A stretch of DNA of 64,000 nucleotides from Candidatus Buchananbacteria bacterium. GTDB taxonomy: Bacteria; Patescibacteriota; Patescibacteriia; 2-01-FULL-39-33. Below are positions 37,118 to 44,313 of the stretch, piece after piece (positions within the stretch are counted from its first letter, which is position 1; the number at the start of each line of letters is the position of its first letter). The notes under the pieces are model-generated. The model was not told the DNA's origin. It worked only from the letters and a program-made list of their open reading frames with translations, and did no database searches. The position numbers were made by a program, and so were the translations under genes. The stretch lies in NCBI GenBank assembly GCA_903888345.1, contig CAISTG010000004.1, positions 6,393-70,392 on the forward strand, given 5' to 3'.

Positions 37118-37669
37118 TTAAAGTACGGTAGCGCCACTTGCCAGTTCTGTAAAGGTTTGGGTGCCGCTGAGCATGCGCCCGGTATAGAGGACGTCCTCAG
37201 TTACTTCTTTGCCAAACCAAATTGGCGGAGCGAAATTTGCAGCCTCTTCCGTGGTGGCAAACTTTACTTCGGCAATAATCAGGCCGTTAAGGCGGTTACC
37301 TTCGAAAACGTCAAGCTCGATTGTCTTGTCGCCATAAGGCAGCCAATAGCGCTTCTTCTGTAGAGCCGATTGCAAGCTATTGCAATGAAGCTTGAATGTG
37401 GCCTCATCAATCTCCACCTCCATCTTGGTCCGGACTAGTCCGTCTTCAAACTTGGCAGAGATGAAGTAGCGTTTACCGAGATGCTCAACGTTACCCGCAG
37501 TATTGCGAATCCGTTGTTCCTCGCGGAAGCGGATGATATTTTCACCATCAATGCCCTGGATAAAACCACTGCGACAGTTAATATACTCGGTCTCGGCAAG
37601 CGAAGGCATTGCTGGCGGCATAACAATAAACTTTCTTTCAATTTCTGTTTTCAGGTGTTCATTACTCAT
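37118..37669 (-). CDS. CYTH-domain protein, GC-rich xenolog of the native CYTH gene (cassette I5)
   Basis: Has EIERKFIV and AEVKF...PPIWFGKEVTED. Carries a GAGGAG SD and C/G-ending codons. The start was set at the second ATG. Confidence 0.7.
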   Translation of the reverse strand: MSNEHLKTEIERKFIVMPPAMPSLAETEYINCRSGFIQGIDGENIIRFREEQRIRNTAGNVEHLGKRYFISAKFEDGLVRTKMEVEIDEATFKLHCNSLQSALQKKRYWLPYGDKTIELDVFEGNRLNGLIIAEVKFATTEEAANFAPPIWFGKEVTEDVLYTGRMLSGTQTFTELASGATVL

Positions 37670-37756
37670 GACTCTTCTCCTCATTGGTTGGGGACAGATT
37701 GTTAAAAGGGCGGTTGATTAACCATAGTCTTTTTTAAGTATTTTGTCAAGTGTGAC

Positions 37757-37795
37757 TCCTTGATTGACCCTAGCTTATTTTTATGATATAATGAT
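37757..37795 (+). promoter_or_regulatory. Sigma70-like promoter (TTGACC-17-TATAAT) upstream of rny
   Basis: Reads aTTGACCctagcttatttttatgaTATAATgat. Confidence 0.45.
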
Positions 37796-38058
37796 AACAG
37801 AATTAATAATAATGTTTGGTTAGCGAGTGACTACAGTATCAGGACGAAAAAGGAGGATTTATTGTAAATTTAGACAATTTGAAATGAATTTTAACTACCG
37901 AAATATAACAATTAAAGCTTGGAAATAAGACTTGTAAAACGGCTCAACCGTTGATTTTTGTTTAATTGATAATTTTGGTTTCAATTCAATTTTATCCTTT
38001 TTCGTTGTTCGGCATGGTTGCCAGTACTGGGTTTTTTCGTGGCCACATAGGAAAAAAT

Positions 38059-39585
38059 ATGGAAATAATTTTAGCGGCAGTAGTAGCCCTCGTTACCTTT
38101 GCACTTGGCATGGGTGGCGGCTATTTGCTTAGAAAATCTTGGGCCCAAAAACGTAAAGATTCAGTTGAGGCTAGAATTGAAAAAGCCTTGATTGATGCCA
38201 AAGGCAAACAGAAAGAAATTTTATTGCAAGCGCAAGAAAAATCCTTGAAGGTTGTCGATGAAGCGAAGGTTGAAGCGCGACAAATTAAGCAGGAGGCTGA
38301 CGGGTTAAGAGCTAGTCTCGAGAAACGTGAGTCGTTATTTGATCAGAAGATTTTAGAGTTAGAAAATCAAAAAACTGACTTAGTCACTAAAGCCGAGCAA
38401 ATCACCAAGTCCAAAGAAGAAATTCAGAAAATTAAGGAAGATCAGTTGGCGAAGTTAGAGAAGATTGCCGCCTTAACCAAAGATGAGGCGCAGAAGGTGT
38501 TGATGGATAACGCCGAAAAAATGATTGCTGATAACTTAGTGCAACGCATTAAGAAGTTAGAAGAAGAAGCTTCTGACGAATTAGAAAAGAAATCTAAAGA
38601 AGTTTTGTCGATGGTGATCGAACGCTGCGCATCGAGCCATGCTGCCGAAACCACTTCCTCGACCGTTGATTTGCCCTCCGATGAAATGAAAGGCAGAATT
38701 ATTGGTCGTGAAGGCCGCAACATCAAGACGATTGAACAGTTAACGGGTGTCGAAATTATTATTGATGATACGCCTCAAGCAATTACGTTATCTTCTTTCT
38801 CACCAATCCGCCGTCAAGTTGCCAAGCGCACGATTGAGAAATTGATTTTTGATGGCCGTATTCATCCGGCTCGAATTGAAGAAACTATTAAGGAGGCTAA
38901 GCAAGAATTAGCTTTAGATATTAAGAAGGCCGGTGAGAATGCCGTTTACGAATTAGGTATTGCCGGACTCGATCCAAAGTTAGTACAGATCTTGGGCCGC
39001 TTAAAATATCGAACTTCCTATGGTCAAAATATTTTGAACCATTCCGTCGAAGTTTCGATTATCTCGGGAATGTTGGCTGAAGAATTGGGAGCCAATGTGG
39101 CTGTGGCCAAAAAAGGAGGCTTACTACATGATATTGGCAAAGCCGTTGATCACGAAGTTGCTGGTACCCATCCAGAAATTGGTCGTGATATTTGTAAAAA
39201 ATTCAATGTGCCGGAAGAAGTAATTATTCCAGTTTTTGAACATCATAATGATAAACCATCAACCTTAGAGGCGGTCATTGTCAAAGTAGCTGATGCTATT
39301 TCTGGTGCTCGCGAAGGTGCCCGTAAGGATTCTTATGAGAATTATTTAGCACGTTTAGAGGAGCTAGAAAAGATCGCTACCAGTTTTTCAGGCGTTGATA
39401 AGGTTTATGCGATTCAAGCCGGTCGCGAAGTTCGTGTTTTCGTTACTCCGGATGAAGTTGATGATTTGGGTGCCGTTAAGATGGCTAAAGACATTGCCGA
39501 AAAGATTGAGGCTGAGTTGAAATACCCAGGTGAAATCAAGGTCAATGTTATTCGCGAAAAACGTATTACTGAATACGCTAGATAA
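38059..39585 (+). CDS. rny: Ribonuclease Y
   Basis: N-terminal TM helix, a coiled-coil region, a KH domain (GRIIGREGRNIKTIEQLTGVEIIIDD) and an HD domain (LLHDIGKAVDHE). The start was set at the ATG at 38059 (MEIILAAVV). Confidence 0.9.
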   Translation: MEIILAAVVALVTFALGMGGGYLLRKSWAQKRKDSVEARIEKALIDAKGKQKEILLQAQEKSLKVVDEAKVEARQIKQEADGLRASLEKRESLFDQKILELENQKTDLVTKAEQITKSKEEIQKIKEDQLAKLEKIAALTKDEAQKVLMDNAEKMIADNLVQRIKKLEEEASDELEKKSKEVLSMVIERCASSHAAETTSSTVDLPSDEMKGRIIGREGRNIKTIEQLTGVEIIIDDTPQAITLSSFSPIRRQVAKRTIEKLIFDGRIHPARIEETIKEAKQELALDIKKAGENAVYELGIAGLDPKLVQILGRLKYRTSYGQNILNHSVEVSIISGMLAEELGANVAVAKKGGLLHDIGKAVDHEVAGTHPEIGRDICKKFNVPEEVIIPVFEHHNDKPSTLEAVIVKVADAISGAREGARKDSYENYLARLEELEKIATSFSGVDKVYAIQAGREVRVFVTPDEVDDLGAVKMAKDIAEKIEAELKYPGEIKVNVIREKRITEYAR

Positions 39586-39609
39586 TATTTAATAACTAAA
39601 CATAAAAGT

Positions 39610-40167
39610 ATGGAGACTATTTTATATGTCATCCTAGCAATTATCGCTGTTGTTATCATTTGGTTAGTCATGATTTATAACGGCTTAATTACTTTAAAAA
39701 ATCGTACGGATGAAGCGTGGTCCGATATTGATGTTCAATTAAAACGCCGTTACGATTTAATTCCTAATCTAGTCGAAACCGTCAAAGGTTACGCTACTCA
39801 TGAACAGGGAACTTTAGAAAAAGTCATCGAAGCCAGAAACTCAGCCATGGCGCAATCTGGTCACGATGCTTCTAAGGCTGAAGCGGAAAATCAATTATCT
39901 TCAACCTTAAAATCCATTTTTGCTTTAAGCGAAAACTACCCGGATTTGAAGGCTAATCAGAATTTTATGAAGTTGCAGGATGAGCTCTCAGACACTGAGA
40001 ATAAGATCCAAGCGGCCAGAAGATTCTACAATGGCAATGTTCGTGACTTCAATACTAAGATCGAAGTCTTCCCGAATAACACTATTAACAATTTATTGAA
40101 ATTCAAGAAGTATGATTTCTTTGAAGCGGCTGCCGCGGAAAAAGAAAACGTACAGGTAAAATTCTAA
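39610..40167 (+). CDS. lemA: LemA family protein
   Basis: N-terminal TM helix and the conserved LemA core (GLITLKNRTDEAWSDIDVQLKRRYDLIPNLVETVKGYATHE). Confidence 0.85.
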   Translation: METILYVILAIIAVVIIWLVMIYNGLITLKNRTDEAWSDIDVQLKRRYDLIPNLVETVKGYATHEQGTLEKVIEARNSAMAQSGHDASKAEAENQLSSTLKSIFALSENYPDLKANQNFMKLQDELSDTENKIQAARRFYNGNVRDFNTKIEVFPNNTINNLLKFKKYDFFEAAAAEKENVQVKF

Positions 40168-40183
40168 AACTACCGATAGTTAA

Positions 40184-40216
40184 AAAGCAATCCGCTTTGG
40201 CGGGTTGCTTTTTTGA
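40184..40216 (+). terminator. Intrinsic terminator after lemA
   Basis: AGCAATCCGC-tttg-GCGGGTTGCT followed by TTTTTTG. Confidence 0.8.
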
Positions 40217-40309
40217 TTCTCTTAAAGACGTTGGTTAATTTAGGTAGCTAATAGTTCATCTAAATTTAGGCTAAATATTGGTTAATATCTAATTTTAGAG
40301 ATAATACAA

Positions 40310-40338
40310 TTGACAAAATAGATATTATATGTTAATAT
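40310..40338 (+). promoter_or_regulatory. Consensus sigma70 promoter (TTGACA-17-TAATAT) for cassette I6
   Basis: Reads aTTGACAaaatagatattatatgtTAATAT. Confidence 0.6.
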
Positions 40339-40443
40339 ATTATATTGGTAAACTATCATTTCGATAGAGCCATTGGGTACCTTTTCAACTATTGATCCTG
40401 ACTGATTGATTTCGGTTACGGGGAGATAGAAAGGACGGAAAAC

Positions 40444-41124
40444 ATGTCGACAAAGAAGAGCCTCAGTTGGAAGGAAGCGGGTCGGAATGTGGCAGCGCTG
40501 GTAGCGTTGTTTACCTTGGCCAGCCGGGTCTTGAAAAAGATTAAAGTCGGTCCGGAGATCATTGATTGGTTGACGGGCTCCGGTAAGGATTTATTCAGCC
40601 AGAAGCTGATTGAACTGGGTACTGAGTTTCAGCTCCAAGCCCCTATTTTGCGGGCCGAAATCGATACAAACATTGATCCGCGTTTGCCCATTGGTGGGGC
40701 GACAATCGATACACATCGGCGCCAGGGAAGGGTGGTGATCGAAAAGCGGGTTGATGGCTTGTATGTAGATGGACATAAGGTCGTTTTGTATCGATCGCCC
40801 AGGCAAATGTACGGCAACAAAATCAATGGCCGTGAATTACGTATTGAATTGGATGGTCAGACCCATGATCGATCAGCACTTTCAGCGAATGTTGCCGACT
40901 TCCTATTTGCTAACCAAGAGTATCTGCCGGAAGATTGGAAGAAGAAAGATGAAAACGATAAAACCATTTTTATCTTGTTTTGGGGCACCATCTATCGACG
41001 CTTTGATCGCAGTCCCTGCATTCGAACTCTGTGTTGGTGTGATGGTCAGTGTCATGAGAATTGTTACTGGCTCGGCCTTGATTGTTACTCCAACTTTTAT
41101 TCAGCAGTGCTCGAAAATAAGTAG
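40444..41124 (+). CDS. Hypothetical protein with Cys-rich C-terminus (GC-rich cassette I6)
   Basis: 226 aa with a C-terminal CIRTLCWCDGQCHENCYWLGLDCY. C/G-ending codons. It sits between lemA and htpX. Confidence 0.6.
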   Translation: MSTKKSLSWKEAGRNVAALVALFTLASRVLKKIKVGPEIIDWLTGSGKDLFSQKLIELGTEFQLQAPILRAEIDTNIDPRLPIGGATIDTHRRQGRVVIEKRVDGLYVDGHKVVLYRSPRQMYGNKINGRELRIELDGQTHDRSALSANVADFLFANQEYLPEDWKKKDENDKTIFILFWGTIYRRFDRSPCIRTLCWCDGQCHENCYWLGLDCYSNFYSAVLENK

Positions 41125-41146
41125 TTAGTCTGTTCTTTAATCTTTA

Positions 41147-41183
41147 CCCGCGTTGGCCTCTGGCTGACGCGGTCTTTTATTTT
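41147..41183 (+). terminator. Intrinsic terminator of cassette I6
   Basis: CGCGTTGGCC-tctg-GCTGACGCG hairpin followed by GTCTTTTATTTT. Confidence 0.7.
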
Positions 41184-41238
41184 CAGTAAATTGCTAATTA
41201 TATTGATATTTGCTAAAATTACGGTATAAAATATCTAT

Positions 41239-42126
41239 ATGTATAATGAAATTGCTTCCAATAAACGCCGGACATGGCTGTTAATCGCTATTTTTACTGC
41301 CGTTATTCTGGCTATTGGCTGGTTTGCTGGCTATTATTTTGATTATGGCTATGGCGCTGTTGGTGTGGCTTTGGTATTTTCTTTGGTCATGACCGCGTTT
41401 AGCTATTATGGTGGCGACAAGGTAGCCTTAATGTCTTCGGGAGCCCAAGAAATTCAGCATGACGATAATGAAGCGCTATTCCATGTGGTGGAAAATTTAT
41501 GTATTGCCGATGGTCTACCGATGCCCAAAATTTATCTATTGCCAGAAGAGGCGATCAATGCGTTCGCAACTGGTCGCGATCCGCAGCATGCTTCTATTGC
41601 TGTGACTGTTGGAGCGCTAAAAAAATTAAACAATGAAGAATTAGAGGGTGTAATTGCTCATGAATTATCACATGTCAAAAATTATGACATTAGATTAATG
41701 ATGGTAGTAGTGGTTTTGGTGGGCATGATTTCTATTTTGGCTAATATATTTTTTCGTGGCGCGATGTTTGGGGGTGGCAAGCGTGACAGCGAAGATCGTG
41801 GTGGCGGAATTTTGATGATTGTAGGAATTGTGTTAATTATTTTATCACCGATCATTGCTCAGTTAATCCAGTTAGCGATTTCTCGCCGTCGGGAATATTT
41901 AGCTGATGCTTCAGGCGCTTTATTAACGCGTTATCCGGATGGCCTGGCCAATGCGCTCGAAAAGATTAATACCGATGCAGCTGTTATTAATTCAGCCTCA
42001 TCGGCCACGGCCCATCTCTATATTGCCAATCCATTTAAAGGATCGGGCAAAATGTTTGCTAATGCTTTTTCGACTCATCCGCCGATTGAAGATCGAGTTA
42101 AGAGGCTAAGAGGAATGATCATTTAG
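41239..42126 (+). CDS. htpX: Zinc metalloprotease HtpX (M48 family)
   Basis: HELSHVKNYD (HExxH) motif with 4 TM helices. Full-length HtpX architecture. Confidence 0.9.
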   Translation: MYNEIASNKRRTWLLIAIFTAVILAIGWFAGYYFDYGYGAVGVALVFSLVMTAFSYYGGDKVALMSSGAQEIQHDDNEALFHVVENLCIADGLPMPKIYLLPEEAINAFATGRDPQHASIAVTVGALKKLNNEELEGVIAHELSHVKNYDIRLMMVVVVLVGMISILANIFFRGAMFGGGKRDSEDRGGGILMIVGIVLIILSPIIAQLIQLAISRRREYLADASGALLTRYPDGLANALEKINTDAAVINSASSATAHLYIANPFKGSGKMFANAFSTHPPIEDRVKRLRGMII

Positions 42127-42162
42127 AAAATTACGAATTCAAAATTACGAATTACGAATTTT
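42127..42162. repeat. Left arm of perfect inverted repeats flanking the four-helix-bundle gene
   Basis: AAAATTACGAATTCAAAATTACGAATTACGAATTTT. Its reverse complement matches the right arm at 42528-42560. Confidence 0.8.
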
Positions 42163-42176
42163 ATATAATTTAGCAC

Positions 42177-42533
42177 ATGAAGGAAAATAATATTATTTTG
42201 AAAAAATCTTTTGATTTTTCATTAAGAATAATTAAATTATATAAATTTCTAAGAAGTAAGAAAGAATTTATAATTTCTAACCAGTTATTGGGGTCTGGAA
42301 CATCAATAGGCGCAAATATTGAGGAGGCAGTTGGCGGAGTATCCAAAAAAGATTTTTTGAATAAAATAACTATTGCTTATAAGGAGGCTAGGGAAACGAG
42401 TTATTGGATAAAATTGTTGGGAGCTAGTGGCTATTTAGATGCTATTCAATCTCAGTCTATTTTAATGGATTGCGAGGAACTCCTTCGTATACTAGGCAAG
42501 ATTCAAATTTCAAGCAAAACTGATAATCCGTAA
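42177..42533 (+). CDS. Four-helix-bundle protein (23S rRNA intervening-sequence protein family, TIGR02436-like)
   Basis: 118 aa with the family pattern (SFDFSLRIIKLYKFL...NQLLGSGTSIGANIEEA...AYKEARETSYWIKLL). Confidence 0.75.
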   Translation: MKENNIILKKSFDFSLRIIKLYKFLRSKKEFIISNQLLGSGTSIGANIEEAVGGVSKKDFLNKITIAYKEARETSYWIKLLGASGYLDAIQSQSILMDCEELLRILGKIQISSKTDNP

Positions 42534-42560
42534 TTCGTAATTTTTAATTCGTAATTAATC
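42528..42560. repeat. Right arm of the inverted repeats flanking the four-helix-bundle gene
   Basis: CCGTAATTCGTAATTTTTAATTCGTAATTAATC. Confidence 0.8.
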
Positions 42561-42565
42561 TAGCT

Positions 42566-43381
42566 ATGTTAAAGATTTTATTTATACCCGATATTGTCGG
42601 AAAAATTGGACGTAATGCGGTGCGTCAAGAATTACCGAAGCTGCGAAAAAAATATCAGCCTGATGTAGTGATTTTAAACGCCGAAAATTCGGCGCATGGT
42701 ATTGGCGCGACCCAAAAAATTATTGATGAACTCAAAGAATTAAAAATTGACGTGTTTACTTCTGGCAATCATATTTGGGATAAGGGCGGATCGGATGAAA
42801 TGTTGGATAATCCCGAAAATCGTTTGATTCGTCCCGCTAATTACCCATCAAAAAAAGCGGGCGTTGGCGTGCTGCAATTGAATATTGGCGAAATTAAGCT
42901 AAATGTGGTAAACTTACAGGGTAGGGTATTTCATGATTGGAATAAGGAAGATTCAGAACACTTACATGATCCTTTTAAAACATTAGAAAAGATTATTGCC
43001 AGTGATCGCCAAGGCCTTTATTTTGTTGATTTTCATGCTGACGCTACCTCAGAAAAAGCGGCTTTAGCGACTTACTTTGATGGCCAGGTGCAGGCGGTTT
43101 GTGGTACACATACACACATCCAAACGGCTGATGATCGAATTTTGGCTCGCGGCACTGCCTTTATTACTGATGCGGGATCGGTGATGTATGCCGACTCGAT
43201 AATTGGCGCCGCGAAGGAGCAGGTTTGGAATTTATTTTTCAAAATTGGCCAAACATCCAAGAAGCATGATTTACCAGCAACTGGAAAAGCGGTTTTTAAT
43301 GCAATTTACCTTGAGCTTGACGTAAAAGAAAGAAAAGCCAAAAAAATTGAAAGAATCAATAAGATTATTGAAGTTAAATAA
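42566..43381 (+). CDS. ymdB: YmdB-like metallophosphoesterase (TIGR00282, 2',3'-cyclic-nucleotide phosphodiesterase family)
   Basis: Has ILFIPDIVGKIGR, NAENSAHGIG and the GNH and GTHTH metal-ligand motifs. Confidence 0.8.
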   Translation: MLKILFIPDIVGKIGRNAVRQELPKLRKKYQPDVVILNAENSAHGIGATQKIIDELKELKIDVFTSGNHIWDKGGSDEMLDNPENRLIRPANYPSKKAGVGVLQLNIGEIKLNVVNLQGRVFHDWNKEDSEHLHDPFKTLEKIIASDRQGLYFVDFHADATSEKAALATYFDGQVQAVCGTHTHIQTADDRILARGTAFITDAGSVMYADSIIGAAKEQVWNLFFKIGQTSKKHDLPATGKAVFNAIYLELDVKERKAKKIERINKIIEVK

Positions 43382-43392
43382 AATAATTAATT

Positions 43393-43484
43393 CCTGACGT
43401 TATTTTAGTATTTACGGGAGTCTAGTAATTGTAGACGGTTTCTAGATTACCGATATCCGCCGCGGCGGATTCTGGAATGACGTT
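43393..43484. repeat. Intergenic repeat copy (ATCCGCCGCGGCGGAT palindrome + GGAATGACGT), 24 nt upstream of hup
   Basis: The palindrome at 43455-43472 and GAATGACGT at 43476-43484 match elements at 408-436 and 24357-24415. Confidence 0.6.
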
Positions 43485-43507
43485 AAAGGATAAAGTCTAA
43501 TAAAAAT

Positions 43508-43849
43508 ATGAACAAAACAGAACTCGCGCAAAAAGTTTCCGACAAAGTCGGTATCACCAAAGCGCAAGCCGAAGCTTCGCTAGAAGCTTTCACTGAGATC
43601 GCTACCGGCGAAATGAAAGCGGGCGGCGAAGTGGTCTTAACTGGGTTTGGCACTTTTTCGGCCAGAGCTCGTAAGGGACGTGAAGGCATTAATCCTCGCA
43701 ACCCTTCACAAAAGATTGCGATTCCGACCGTTGTTGTGGCTAAATTCAAAGCAGGTAAAAATTTGAAAGATGCTTTGAAGGGTAAGACGCACGCGCCAAA
43801 AGCGGAAGCTCCGGTCGCGGCTGTGGAAGCCGAACCAGTTGTTGAATAA
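43508..43849 (+). CDS. hup: HU-family DNA-binding protein with C-terminal extension
   Basis: HU fold (MNKTELAQKVSDKVGITKAQAEASLEAF...GFGTFSARARKGREGINPRNPSQKIAIPTVVVAKFKAGK) plus an Ala/Glu/Pro-rich tail of about 20 aa. Confidence 0.9.
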   Translation: MNKTELAQKVSDKVGITKAQAEASLEAFTEIATGEMKAGGEVVLTGFGTFSARARKGREGINPRNPSQKIAIPTVVVAKFKAGKNLKDALKGKTHAPKAEAPVAAVEAEPVVE

Positions 43850-43864
43850 AATTTGTTGGCTCAT

Positions 43865-43902
43865 AAAAAACTCGGCTTTGCTTCCGAGTTTTTTTATTTT
43901 TT
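43865..43902 (+). terminator. Intrinsic terminator after hup
   Basis: AAAAAACTCGG-ctttgctt-CCGAGTTTTTTT. Confidence 0.8.
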
Positions 43903-43946
43903 AAAATATTATGTTATAATTAATTATATCGTTAAAATAATTTGGT

Positions 43947-44246
43947 ATGCCAAAGAAAGTTTTAATGACCGCCGTTAAAGCGAAGCCGAAAGTTAAACGT
44001 AAAGTTAAGTCGCTTAAAGCAAAAACAAGCGGTGCGGTTAAAAAACCAAAACATAATCATAAAAAACCAGGCGCTAATCACGTTAAATCTTTTTATCGAC
44101 CGAAATCAATGTCGCGCGCTCTGTATGATTTAGAAGAGGAGTTAGAATCAGAGCTATGTCATATCGTTTGGATACCGCTGGCCTTGGGATTGGCTTGCAC
44201 TGCCATTGGTCTAAATTTGATGTTAGCCATTGCTTATAGCCGTTAG
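43947..44246 (+). CDS. Lys-rich basic protein with C-terminal TM anchor
   Basis: An N-terminal half of about 50 aa rich in K/R and KPK motifs (histone-H1-like), an acidic linker and a single C-terminal TM helix. A TGTTATAATTAA promoter lies at 43908-43923. Confidence 0.5.
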   Translation: MPKKVLMTAVKAKPKVKRKVKSLKAKTSGAVKKPKHNHKKPGANHVKSFYRPKSMSRALYDLEEELESELCHIVWIPLALGLACTAIGLNLMLAIAYSR

Positions 44247-44263
44247 TTGTTTATTTAAAATTC

Positions 44264-44306
44264 AAAAAACGTCCGACCTTAGGTTATTTTGGTCGGGCGT
44301 TTTATA
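44264..44306. terminator. Bidirectional terminator between 43947..44246(+) and the elp3-like gene(-)
   Basis: ACGTCCGACC-ttaggttatttt-GGTCGGGCGT flanked by an A-run and a T-run. Confidence 0.7.
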
Positions 44307-44313
44307 TTTAACA

